Assembly (NCBI GenBank): GCA_041651355.1
Contig: JBAZJK010000001.1
Span: 683,888-747,887 of the forward strand
Direction: 5' to 3'
DNA: 64,000 nt
DNA from: Patescibacteria group bacterium
GTDB lineage: Bacteria > Patescibacteriota > Patescibacteriia > Patescibacteriales > UBA12465
Shown here: positions 27,601 through 36,210 of the stretch, piece by piece
Numbering within the stretch: position 1 is the stretch's first letter
How the letters are laid out: each line of letters opens with the position of its first letter
Position numbers and translations under genes: made by a program
The notes under the pieces: model-generated
The model's input: the letters and a program-made list of their open reading frames with translations, nothing else
Database searches by the model: none
What the model was told of the DNA's origin: nothing

Positions 27601-28008
27601 TTTAGGACTCATCTGGCTATAATCAAATTCGATATTAGAAGCCTTGAGTTGCGAATCATATGACTCGCTATAGACGCCCGACTCTACCCCGTGATACAAG
27701 CGATAGAATTGGGTGCTGTCGTTATTTGGCGTCCAGAAAAAGTTGATCGTCTTAGAACCAGCCGCTAAAGCCGCGCTCAAGCCCAAAGGAGGCAGGGCAT
27801 TCTTCTTAACTAGATTCATCCTACCGCTATTTAGCAAGGCTTGGATTTCGGCATCGCTCTCCTTATAGAAATCAGAAAAAGTCCTTTGGATGACTAAAAA
27901 TTCCAAACCGAGGATAAAGGTAAATACTAATAACAAGATTAGCTTTAAATTATGCGGCAACATCGGCTTGGTTTTCTTTTTCCCAGCCGTACTTTTTTTG
28001 GAAGCCAT
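24652..28008 (-). CDS. Giant secreted cysteine-rich protein C (1,118 aa): N-terminal TM, an FN3-like domain, then at least six CG[ND]G....E.CD repeats in about 150-aa tandem modules
   Basis: TM LKLILLLVFTFILGLEFLVI. Repeats CGNGLIEPGNNEICD, CGDGITNGPEACDG, CGNGLVTSPEQCDFG, CGDGFVTGSEQCDY, CGDGVKNGNEECDG and CGDGVINGNEQCDG. Three long modules each end in a Cys-rich knot. Confidence 0.7.
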   Translation of the reverse strand: MASKKSTAGKKKTKPMLPHNLKLILLLVFTFILGLEFLVIQRTFSDFYKESDAEIQALLNSGRMNLVKKNALPPLGLSAALAAGSKTINFFWTPNNDSTQFYRLYHGVESGVYSESYDSQLKASNIEFDYSQMSPKIHYFALSAIGANGVESNKSEPIALDLGNLNKCGNGLIEPGNNEICDNNSKACILSGSSYRGQQTCVSSSETDGCRAWNACQAAESCGDGITNGPEACDGSGSFNCNLGLYSGTTNCEAGCHLGNCNIGSQACGNKQLEGREQCEQDSSGAWPQPQDCVWSGFSGKKTCDACLWSDCKVTPVCGANNGKDLTSLTYYDAGNCGVGTVKDFVSNSAGWNWSCDGNNGSPVNCSATRRSSGVCGEAHNLPLTSTPTSGLCASGSASAVTPSGGKYIWTCFGSGAGSSNASCSAPICGNGLVTSPEQCDFGSGNNNASSGCTENCKYGNYFYSCPALPAGYNVFNSVNGYNIKCTGANGANNACGAWEANPPKDLVTEYNIQGSETTCRFKCNPNEPFGKCGTDVGCQTSLSNFSNCGACGQACDTGKNYDCLGTWPSKSCDCSGSYRDCDENTANGCEINTASNNSHCGACNNACPTLSQCVNGSCACSSGECSGVCVDLQHDLLNCGTCGNKCNNGSFGSHGFCQSGSCACSPGYEWDPINKVCKEGSCGDGFVTGSEQCDYNSSPNFKSETPSLSCNLDCKIVRTMSCADSGYSNLNNINFFCGTYTQICSGSAVQGGQTYCSVWGPTQNPVFSPDPYGVCNAYKQCEYNCKAGKGNCNGQDIDTCEVDLSSDENHCGACTGPNSTCSGSYQCIAGSCQRCGDGVKNGNEECDGTDPGGGLYCDNETCKVYQQVACTSPGYQTYWSSNGYSNWSSMNFCGSSAVVFKVYCENGKYNISNNCPAGSWQYSSTLPPVYNNSTCPLNACYYSCNAPYKDCTGAKDGCETNVQGNDKTNCGDCGQTCPGSYNCNSGVCERCGDGVINGNEQCDGPGKGSFTCGSDCRLYKDVACGSTEYQSFYQTKGYTNFNHVNFCTSPVFSVPCISFNGTTCTSWDLSATKPPIYNDSSCSLSNCSYSCKSNWFNKNTLDWDTCEYEQAGGGGLR

Positions 28009-28033
28009 ATATAATATAAAAATTAAACGCTAA

Positions 28034-31000
28034 TTAGCCGCCAGCTCCGAAACCCAAGGGCACTAGAGGTGGGCGCATATCAGTCGGAGTCACTTCGGCC
28101 GGGTCGGATAATTCACTCTCTTGGTTTTTATTGGTTAAAGCCGTTATCCTAAAAGAATATAACTGCTTGTCGCTAAGACCGGTAATAGTATATATACAGA
28201 CATAATCTAATCCGCTTTCCACACAATTATCAGACGCTAACACCCGCTTATTACTTTGAGAGGCTCCGGAAATACCATAATAAATCTTATAGGTACTAAC
28301 GCTAGTCGACTGGTCAACCGCTCTGATAGAACGCCATTGCAATTCGACCGTACCACCAATCTTTTTATCAGTAGCGCTAACTATCGTCACAATCTTCGGC
28401 TTAGCGGCCCTAAAGAAATATGATTCCTTCAAAACATTAAAGATGCACTGGCCATAAGAACCGCAAGCATCACCGCTATTAGCTCCCGTGGGGCAAGGCT
28501 CGCCGCCAACGCTGCAGATGAGGGCGCTATTTTGTCCCCTGGTCACCGGATCTTCGTTAATAGCCGGTAAATCATCGGCCGTACCTGGTTGTCCGGAATC
28601 ACGGCAATAATAGAATTTATAATTAAAGTTATTACAAGCGCCGCCAGCATCACAATTAGAATCATCTAACCAAGGACTCCAAATTCCCGAAGCTGGCACT
28701 GATGGCCAAGGATTCTCGCACACAAACACATAAACTGGGGCGGAACCAATAGCGCCGTCCCCGGCGGTGATTACTGACTTCATATCTACTTCGGCAGTAA
28801 CAGAAGTGCTGTCATCAGTCACTCCGGTCTTAGCTCGCAGCAAAGTCTTATTCTCAGCAGTCCCCCAATTAATCCCCGCTACTTGGTCGACCACATCAGC
28901 ATCATCTACGCCCCAAATCCAATCCCAATCATATTCAGATAACGGATTCAAATATTGGCCATCTTTACTTAACGCATAGGCGCTAAACGCCTTATCGCTA
29001 TCTCGTTTAGAATCAAAACTAGAATTAGTCGAATCAGAATCATTTTCGTTCAGATCATTATTGGTCGTCTGGAACAGATATGAAGAGGGAGAGACTTGGA
29101 CGTGATCAACCGTGCAGATGCCAGCGTCTGCTCCCTGCGAAGACATAGTCCGGAAAACGGAAATATATGAATTAACGTAATTTATCTTGTTGAAGGAAAT
29201 ATCCTGTCCCTCGATCGTCGTACCCCCACCCAGATTCAAACCAGCACCGTTCAAACCGGTCGCCCAATAGCTAAGGACGCCGCTATCGCTATGCAAGAAT
29301 TGATCACCTTTGACAACTATATAATATACGGTGTTAGGGTTTAAAAGCTTCTGGGGGCTAAAAATAAGGGTATCACTAGCAGATTTTTCATTGCTGACTA
29401 AACCAGGAATAGAACAATACACCTTGTCATTATTATTTCCTGGATTAGTGAAAGCGGCTAAACTGGTCTGTCTAGAAAAGACTCGGGAAATATTTCGCCC
29501 AACATAAAATACCTTATCCAGGATCCGGGCTAAGAAATTTTTAGATTTAGGTTGTTCTAACAAACTGTTATCAGCTAAGAAAGTTCCGGAGGGACAAGAT
29601 GACCCCGGGGCACGCTCCTCTAAAAGAAGCACGTTACCGGTAAAACTATTAACATCCATCGCCTGGTTGAAAGTAACTTTAATCAAGGCGTTACGGCAGA
29701 CATTTTCAGCGAGCTCAGCTGGAGTGGTCGAGGCAGTTTTAACCTCTGGCCTGGTTCGACAGCAGGAATTAATATCACAAGCGACATTGTCAGAACCGCC
29801 GCAATGTTCATCTTCAGAGCAACCGCAACATAGGCCGCGGCCAGCTCCGGAACAAGGGGCTTGATCAGCCTCGCATTGTAGTTTTAAATTTGGTTCTCCG
29901 GTGTTGATTCCGGCGCAAACGTCAGTAGCAGCGCCAACCTGACAGCAACAAGCACCGCAATCGCTAGCCCCCGCTCCGCCGACGCCGCCATTTTCAAGGA
30001 AACAACCGAAAGGCTGAGGGCAAGCGAAAGCATTACAACCGCTGGCCGTCAGATTAGAGCAAGTCATGCCTACGCCACCCGGACTACAGCTAGTCTGACA
30101 TTTATCCTGGCTCAAATAGCTACCCGTCTTATTAGCCGACGAACAATCAGGACAAGTATAATAAGCGCAATAACCGATATCAGCACCTGTTTCTATCCTC
30201 TCCTCGCCTTTACAGACATTATTACTAAAATCCCAACAACAGCTGGCGTCCATCAAACAATCATTTTCCACGCTTATTGCGGCACAATGGCTTGACCCAG
30301 GATTATCCTGGCAAGCCTGACCGCAAACCTCTGTATTTTCATATAAACCATAGGCTAAAGGAGTATTAAGGCCACATTGGCTGGGATTAGCTTGGTCACA
30401 ATCATAATAAGAACAATAGCCATAATAAGTATCTGTACTGTTCTCACTCACCCGGCCGCCACTCACATTAACGCCACGGCAAGCGCCGCCACTAGCGCCG
30501 TCGATACAGCAAGAGGCATGGCTGGCGCACAATCCATTATTCGAAGATAGGATATCGCAATCAGCGCAATAGCCTTCAGGAAATTCTGGATCGCCGACTT
30601 CGCAATATTGCCCGCTATGTCCAGAACAGTTACAAGCAGCATCCCAATCTGCCTGATTGCCACCAGGCGTCTTACAGCCAGTACATTTACCCAGACCGCT
30701 GTTTTTATCTTTAGCTGGATTAGTGTCAGAGCCGCAAGCGCCGCCGCAAGTCAAGCCGGCACAGCAATCCTGGGCCGCTTGTTCAACCCGACAACAGCAT
30801 TGACAACTAGGACTTTCATAGCATTTATTATCCGTAGCATCACAGCTGGAACCGCCAGGACAATCAACTGGCTTGGCACAGACACCAACACTGCCGCTAG
30901 TATTAAAAGCAGCGCATTCAAAACCATCGGCACAACTGATACAAGAAGTACCATTTTTATTGTCTCTATATTTATTATTACCAAGATTAATCCAGCCTGT

Positions 31001-33484
31001 GCCGGCATCTTGAGGCGGATTAATGGCTGGATAGCCAGCGCTATTTACCACCCAATGATATTCATTATTAGCCGACTTAGTGCAAACACGGAAAGAGTTG
31101 ATATCCTTTTCCCAAATAGATAAATTGCAAGGAGATTGAGTATCGTCGACACATTTATCTAAAACATTATTATATACGCCCGACGTGCAACAGACTCCTT
31201 TGTCAACTTTAGTGGTTAAATTAAAAGGAGAGCATTGGCCAGGAGAGTTGGGGCAAGATTTGCCTGTTTGGCAGGTCCCGACCGCCTTAGCCCAGCCATT
31301 ACAACTATATTGGTCTGTTAGATTATAGTAATTAGTATCAAATCTCCATTCAAAAACGGATTTTTTAGTGCTCCCAGCACAGTCACTCTCACTAGCCACA
31401 CAGGAACCTTTCTTGTAGCTCCCTTCCTGGCAACAAATATTATCAACCCCGCATTCTCCGTCGGTTTTACAGGCGCCAACGGAAAAGTTAAAAGGATTGC
31501 TGGAATTCCCGTTATTAACCACCACGACTGGACCGGAAGCGGCTCCGCCAGGAACGTTTGGCGCCATCTTTTGGGATTTATTCTTTCCCTGTCCTTCGGT
31601 GGTAATCGCAGCGCTGACTGCTTGTTCGCTATAAAATTTAGTAGTACCATTGGCACCCGATCCAAAATATTCGCCCCACAAGGCTACCGACGTGCCCACC
31701 TGTCCTTTGATCGGAAACATTTTACATAAACCAGGGTTTAAGGGGTCGTTAGCTTTAAAAATAAATTCACTGTTATTAGGCGGAGTAAGATCCTTAGTGC
31801 TCAGCCTTTCTTCTCCGCCAGCAAAAACTATATCCAGATAATAGCTGCTATTGTCGGCTAAACCGCTAGGAACCTTAACGATAATCTGATCCTCGCTCCA
31901 AATCGCATCCGCGCAGACTTCGGGAAAATCAAAATTGGCATCCGTCTCGCTCATAGGGTTACTGCCTTTTAAGACGAATTTAACTGTGCTCTTCCCTTGA
32001 ATCCGGCCAAAACCCTTTCCCCTGATGGTCACATATTGCCCAACCGGCCCTTTATCGGGCGTGAAGCCGGAAATAAAACGAGTCAAAGTTTCTTCGCCCA
32101 CCTTTCTGAATTTAAGATAATTACTTTTTAAAGGAACGGCAGCAGCCATCTTAGTTACGAAAAAAGTTGTCTTGCCAGAGACAATATCAGGAATAATCGA
32201 TTTGCCCACCTTGTTGTCTGTCACTAAGTCAGTCCCCTTACTGGAAACAGCCGCTTCATAAGAACCAAAATATGATTTAACTCCGGTCAGGTTAACGCCG
32301 TAGTAATAAAAATCTCCCTTTTGTCCTTCAGCTGGATCAAGGGAACACAAGCCAGGCCGGACTATGTTATTAGCGATAAAATCTGGCACCTGCGGACCAT
32401 TAGCATCATTAGTCATATCCGATTGGCCGTCGCTCCGCACTATTTTTAATTGATAAGATCCATTTAAACCGCTTGGGACACTGATTATTACCTGTTCGCT
32501 AGTCCAATTACTGACGCAAGGAGCGCCGGGCGTCCCAGCTAAGGTTTCACCTGCAGGATTAACAAACAGGATCTTGCTACTCGCAGCATCATAATCGCCA
32601 AAATTATAACCATAGACAGATAATAGGTTGCCGCTAGCGCCATTAGGATTACTTAAATTACAAATTCCACTCGCGCAATCAGTATCGCTAACACAGGGGC
32701 TATCGGGAGCAGATTCGCAATAGCCTCCAACCGGACTAATTTCATTTATCATCGGAGCGCCCTGGCAGGTACAATCACTTTCACTGCAAGTCAAAGCCGG
32801 ACCGCACTTACTTTCGTCCTTATCGCAAACAGCCGTGCCCGGATCAGCATCGCAGGACTCTCCTAAACCAGCCGGGGGAACACAAAAACAATTAGAATCG
32901 CAAGTGTAGCCGTCTTGGCAACTGCCGTCTTGGCAACCGTTTCCGCCGGAGGTGGTGCATTTTTCTAAATTAGCGAAACCGCAATTACTACCAACGCAAG
33001 TCCCAAAACCGCTGCTGCAATCCCAAACCCCGGAACAGCCGCAAGGAGCGCCGGAAACACAACCACTTTGGCTGCCATTACCAGTAGCATCAACTAATTT
33101 ATTCAGAACAAACCTCGCTATTCCCCAAGAAGCTAAGATGATAACTAAACCTATCGCTCCATTCCGCAGGAGCTTTTTAGCATCTTCAACTTTCTTTTCA
33201 TCGCCATCGCTAGTCATCCATTTGAAACCTCCGGCCAACATGATGACCACAGCTATCGCCGACAAGAAAAGCATGGCGATATTTATTATTCTGGCACCGA
33301 TCGCCCGAGGATCATCGGTCCCTAAAGCGATCTCATTATCAATTTCAGCCACACCGACATCGATTTGAGCATTGGTAATCTGGAAAAAAGCTAAAATGCT
33401 GAAAAATATCAGGATAAAACTAAATAATTTTAAGATGTTTTTTCTCGACACAGGCGTAAATTTAAATATTTTTATTGGGCACAA
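28034..33484 (-). CDS. Giant cysteine-rich surface protein B (1,816 aa): VirB2/TrbC-like pilin N-domain, Cys-knot regions, several IPT/TIG-like Ig domains and a C-terminal FN3
   Basis: N-terminus after signal peptide: ARIINIAMLFLSAIAVVIMLAGGFKWMTSDGDEKKVEDAKKLLRNGAIGLVIILASWGIARFVLNKL (two hydrophobic helices with a charged loop). IPT-like blocks ISPVGGY...LSVYGYNFG. FN3-like TYKIYYGISG...YSFRITALTN. Overlaps gene A by 13 nt. Confidence 0.75.
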   Translation of the reverse strand: MCPIKIFKFTPVSRKNILKLFSFILIFFSILAFFQITNAQIDVGVAEIDNEIALGTDDPRAIGARIINIAMLFLSAIAVVIMLAGGFKWMTSDGDEKKVEDAKKLLRNGAIGLVIILASWGIARFVLNKLVDATGNGSQSGCVSGAPCGCSGVWDCSSGFGTCVGSNCGFANLEKCTTSGGNGCQDGSCQDGYTCDSNCFCVPPAGLGESCDADPGTAVCDKDESKCGPALTCSESDCTCQGAPMINEISPVGGYCESAPDSPCVSDTDCASGICNLSNPNGASGNLLSVYGYNFGDYDAASSKILFVNPAGETLAGTPGAPCVSNWTSEQVIISVPSGLNGSYQLKIVRSDGQSDMTNDANGPQVPDFIANNIVRPGLCSLDPAEGQKGDFYYYGVNLTGVKSYFGSYEAAVSSKGTDLVTDNKVGKSIIPDIVSGKTTFFVTKMAAAVPLKSNYLKFRKVGEETLTRFISGFTPDKGPVGQYVTIRGKGFGRIQGKSTVKFVLKGSNPMSETDANFDFPEVCADAIWSEDQIIVKVPSGLADNSSYYLDIVFAGGEERLSTKDLTPPNNSEFIFKANDPLNPGLCKMFPIKGQVGTSVALWGEYFGSGANGTTKFYSEQAVSAAITTEGQGKNKSQKMAPNVPGGAASGPVVVVNNGNSSNPFNFSVGACKTDGECGVDNICCQEGSYKKGSCVASESDCAGSTKKSVFEWRFDTNYYNLTDQYSCNGWAKAVGTCQTGKSCPNSPGQCSPFNLTTKVDKGVCCTSGVYNNVLDKCVDDTQSPCNLSIWEKDINSFRVCTKSANNEYHWVVNSAGYPAINPPQDAGTGWINLGNNKYRDNKNGTSCISCADGFECAAFNTSGSVGVCAKPVDCPGGSSCDATDNKCYESPSCQCCCRVEQAAQDCCAGLTCGGACGSDTNPAKDKNSGLGKCTGCKTPGGNQADWDAACNCSGHSGQYCEVGDPEFPEGYCADCDILSSNNGLCASHASCCIDGASGGACRGVNVSGGRVSENSTDTYYGYCSYYDCDQANPSQCGLNTPLAYGLYENTEVCGQACQDNPGSSHCAAISVENDCLMDASCCWDFSNNVCKGEERIETGADIGYCAYYTCPDCSSANKTGSYLSQDKCQTSCSPGGVGMTCSNLTASGCNAFACPQPFGCFLENGGVGGAGASDCGACCCQVGAATDVCAGINTGEPNLKLQCEADQAPCSGAGRGLCCGCSEDEHCGGSDNVACDINSCCRTRPEVKTASTTPAELAENVCRNALIKVTFNQAMDVNSFTGNVLLLEERAPGSSCPSGTFLADNSLLEQPKSKNFLARILDKVFYVGRNISRVFSRQTSLAAFTNPGNNNDKVYCSIPGLVSNEKSASDTLIFSPQKLLNPNTVYYIVVKGDQFLHSDSGVLSYWATGLNGAGLNLGGGTTIEGQDISFNKINYVNSYISVFRTMSSQGADAGICTVDHVQVSPSSYLFQTTNNDLNENDSDSTNSSFDSKRDSDKAFSAYALSKDGQYLNPLSEYDWDWIWGVDDADVVDQVAGINWGTAENKTLLRAKTGVTDDSTSVTAEVDMKSVITAGDGAIGSAPVYVFVCENPWPSVPASGIWSPWLDDSNCDAGGACNNFNYKFYYCRDSGQPGTADDLPAINEDPVTRGQNSALICSVGGEPCPTGANSGDACGSYGQCIFNVLKESYFFRAAKPKIVTIVSATDKKIGGTVELQWRSIRAVDQSTSVSTYKIYYGISGASQSNKRVLASDNCVESGLDYVCIYTITGLSDKQLYSFRITALTNKNQESELSDPAEVTPTDMRPPLVPLGFGAGG

Positions 33485-36156
33485 TTACCTTTATTATCCA
33501 AGCCATTCTCGGCCGTGGGGCTACCAAAACAACAAGAAGATTGAGTATCGTCCGCTAAACAAGTCCCGCCAGCACTAGGCTTGAAACAATTTTGATAGAT
33601 GTCACGCAAACCAGAGCCGGCTTGAGCATTATAGGTCACAGATTCATTAAAGTTAGAGTGGAGAATATAAACATCACTCCTGTCCGGCCAACCGTCTGGG
33701 TTATTTTCATCTTTATTTTCTATCCCCGCCCAGTACCCTAGAGGCTGGGGAGTCTGGCTCCAAAGGTTAAGATAATTATGGGTGACGCCGTCCTTCTCTT
33801 CGCTGCCGGTCTTAATCGTGCTAGCCATCATCAAAGTATCAAAAGGAATCTTAATAGCCGCAGTTAAATCAGTGGGCGAACCACTCACTGGGCTAGGACT
33901 GCCAGAAATTTTAGGCGGATTAACTTTGATCTGGTTATTTATGAAAAAATACCATGAATAATTGTCTCCATGTTGAGGGTGCTGATTAATCGAATTAGCA
34001 ACATAAGGTATGCCCGCTGGGCCGTCACAAAAACCATCCTGATCGCCATCTAAAGAATTATTAGCCAGGTCAACCAAGCCATGAAGATTTTGGGGGTTTA
34101 AATCGGCTAAAGGATAATTTCTTAAATTACTATCCCGACAAGTCTTGTGATCCAATTCCACATTAGGCAAACATTTATAACTACCGAACTTAGTGCAGTC
34201 ACCATCACTAGAACATGTAAAAAGTTCAGCGGCATTCACAAAAGCCATTAACTGGCTATCTGATGGAAGGCAATATATCTTATCACCGCAACCGTTCATC
34301 CCGCATTCATTATTAGAAATAAACTCTACCGTCTTATAATTGCTACCCGCCGCAAATTTACCAGACAGGTAATCACCGACACATTTACCATTCTCACATT
34401 TAGCTGATAAGCATTCTAGATCGCCAGAACAATTATCTCCATTTCTTTTATTAGAAACGAAATTGCCAGTAATATTTAAAATCTGGAGATAGTCCTTTAA
34501 TTCATCAGCACTACCAGAGATAGTCATCGGATTAATCGGCTCATCAAAGACTATCTGGATTACTGAATTTCTTGGCTGGTCCGGCTTGCCTTGGACATTC
34601 ATGCCTTGGACATTATCTAGCCCCCCGGTCATTTGGGATAAAGCTATATTAGAATCATTGGTTTTTAGAATAATATTATCCCCGGCTAAACCTGCCTCCC
34701 TCGCCCTAAGCGATAGGGTGCCACCATTAAGACTACTAACCTCGACATCTGGATTCGGCTGGCTCGGAGAATTAATTTTCTCCTTTAAATTCGAGGCGGA
34801 ATCATTGATGCTGCTACCAACCTCGACATTATTGCCGTTAGAATTACCAGCAAAAGAATAAACAGTCTGCCCGACCGTGACGGTGCTAGCTATTTTCTCT
34901 GGATTAACGGAAATAGCCCAAGCGTCACCTGCTTCCGGATCAGCATCAATGGTAAAGCCGAAATAATTAGGAAAATCGATAGAACGCCCATTAAAATCGG
35001 CGGCCATTAAATTAATATTGGTTCCGCCTGAAACCTTAAATAGGACTCCTTTGCCCTTATCAGCGTCATAACTAACCTTAAATGACGCATCCTGGCCGTG
35101 ATAGTTATTAGAATGTTTTTCTGTATCATCAGGCATAGTCGAATTGTCGGGCGTAATATTAGCTACGCTGGCCGCCTGATAGGCTTGGGGTTGTGAATTT
35201 AAAGTTACGCTCCCCTGAGAACGCCTTTCTACCGCCGGATAAGGCGTATCTTTTTGATTATCCGGTACCGGGAAAACACCGATGATCTTAGGCGGGGTTA
35301 AATCTAATTTATTGCTGACTTCAAAACTCCAAATATAAGTATCTGACGCACAGGTCTTAAAAATTGATTCATCCAGACCGTCTTTCTTTATCTTTCCGCT
35401 TAAAGTTATGGAATAATCAGTATAGCCCGTATCAGAGCCCAGATATTCGTTGGTCCTAATAACCAAAGTTTTCTTATCGCTAGTGATAGAAACAGTGGCC
35501 GCCGCAGCCGTAGTACTGGTTTCAGCTAAAATCGAGACACTATCTGTTTTCAAAGCTTCATTGTCGCAATTGCCGTTACTATTTGCGTCTTCACAAACAG
35601 TCGTCGGGTTAATCGGCTCTTTAAACGTCACTAAAATAGCCGTATTTCTTGGTACCTCTTTTTGGTCTGGCGCCGGATACACACTTTCTAGAGTACAATT
35701 ACCCAAAGCCCCAGCTCCTGATTCCAAAGCTGATCTTTTAGCGCCAGCTGGCTCACTGCTCGTCCCCTGGCTTTGATCGATAAGCTTGTTCAATATGAAG
35801 GTAGTAATGCTCCAAGAAGCAAAAATAATAACCAGACCGATGACTGATTGTTTTAAAATCCGTTTAGCCTGGCTGATCTTATCTTCATTGCCATCACTCA
35901 TCATCCAAAGAGCGCCAGCATAAATTATCAGGATAACGGTGACCGCGCCCAAGAGACTAAGGAAGATCTGGATGATCCGAGCGGCCATCACCCGGGGGTC
36001 ATCTGAAGAAAGCCCGATGCTATTATTTACCACCTCGATACCAGCGTCGATTCCCTGGGCCTTAACCACAGAAAACCACAGGACTCCTAAGCTTAAAATA
36101 ACTAAAAAAAACCAGCTATTTCTTAACTTTTTAGAAATTTTTGATTTAATTATCAT
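33472..36156 (-). CDS. Giant surface protein A (894 aa): VirB2/TrbC-like pilin N-domain fused to a large Ig-like/Cys-containing ectodomain
   Basis: N-terminal domain ARIIQIFLSLLGAVTVILIIYAGALWMMSDGNEDKISQAKRILKQSVIGLVIIFASWSITTFILNKL is about 50% identical to the N-domain of B. First gene of the run. Confidence 0.75.
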   Translation of the reverse strand: MIIKSKISKKLRNSWFFLVILSLGVLWFSVVKAQGIDAGIEVVNNSIGLSSDDPRVMAARIIQIFLSLLGAVTVILIIYAGALWMMSDGNEDKISQAKRILKQSVIGLVIIFASWSITTFILNKLIDQSQGTSSEPAGAKRSALESGAGALGNCTLESVYPAPDQKEVPRNTAILVTFKEPINPTTVCEDANSNGNCDNEALKTDSVSILAETSTTAAAATVSITSDKKTLVIRTNEYLGSDTGYTDYSITLSGKIKKDGLDESIFKTCASDTYIWSFEVSNKLDLTPPKIIGVFPVPDNQKDTPYPAVERRSQGSVTLNSQPQAYQAASVANITPDNSTMPDDTEKHSNNYHGQDASFKVSYDADKGKGVLFKVSGGTNINLMAADFNGRSIDFPNYFGFTIDADPEAGDAWAISVNPEKIASTVTVGQTVYSFAGNSNGNNVEVGSSINDSASNLKEKINSPSQPNPDVEVSSLNGGTLSLRAREAGLAGDNIILKTNDSNIALSQMTGGLDNVQGMNVQGKPDQPRNSVIQIVFDEPINPMTISGSADELKDYLQILNITGNFVSNKRNGDNCSGDLECLSAKCENGKCVGDYLSGKFAAGSNYKTVEFISNNECGMNGCGDKIYCLPSDSQLMAFVNAAELFTCSSDGDCTKFGSYKCLPNVELDHKTCRDSNLRNYPLADLNPQNLHGLVDLANNSLDGDQDGFCDGPAGIPYVANSINQHPQHGDNYSWYFFINNQIKVNPPKISGSPSPVSGSPTDLTAAIKIPFDTLMMASTIKTGSEEKDGVTHNYLNLWSQTPQPLGYWAGIENKDENNPDGWPDRSDVYILHSNFNESVTYNAQAGSGLRDIYQNCFKPSAGGTCLADDTQSSCCFGSPTAENGLDNKGNCAQ

Positions 36157-36210
36157 GGGTATTATGTTATACTGAAATTATAGCATAAAAATAAAAACAA
36201 GAGAACAAAA

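Noticed and set aside
21525-36156. Diversity-generating retroelement targeting the giant surface proteins
   Set aside because: No reverse-transcriptase ORF and no obvious template/variable-repeat pair is visible in or around the locus. C-terminal C-type-lectin-like VR regions are not evident.
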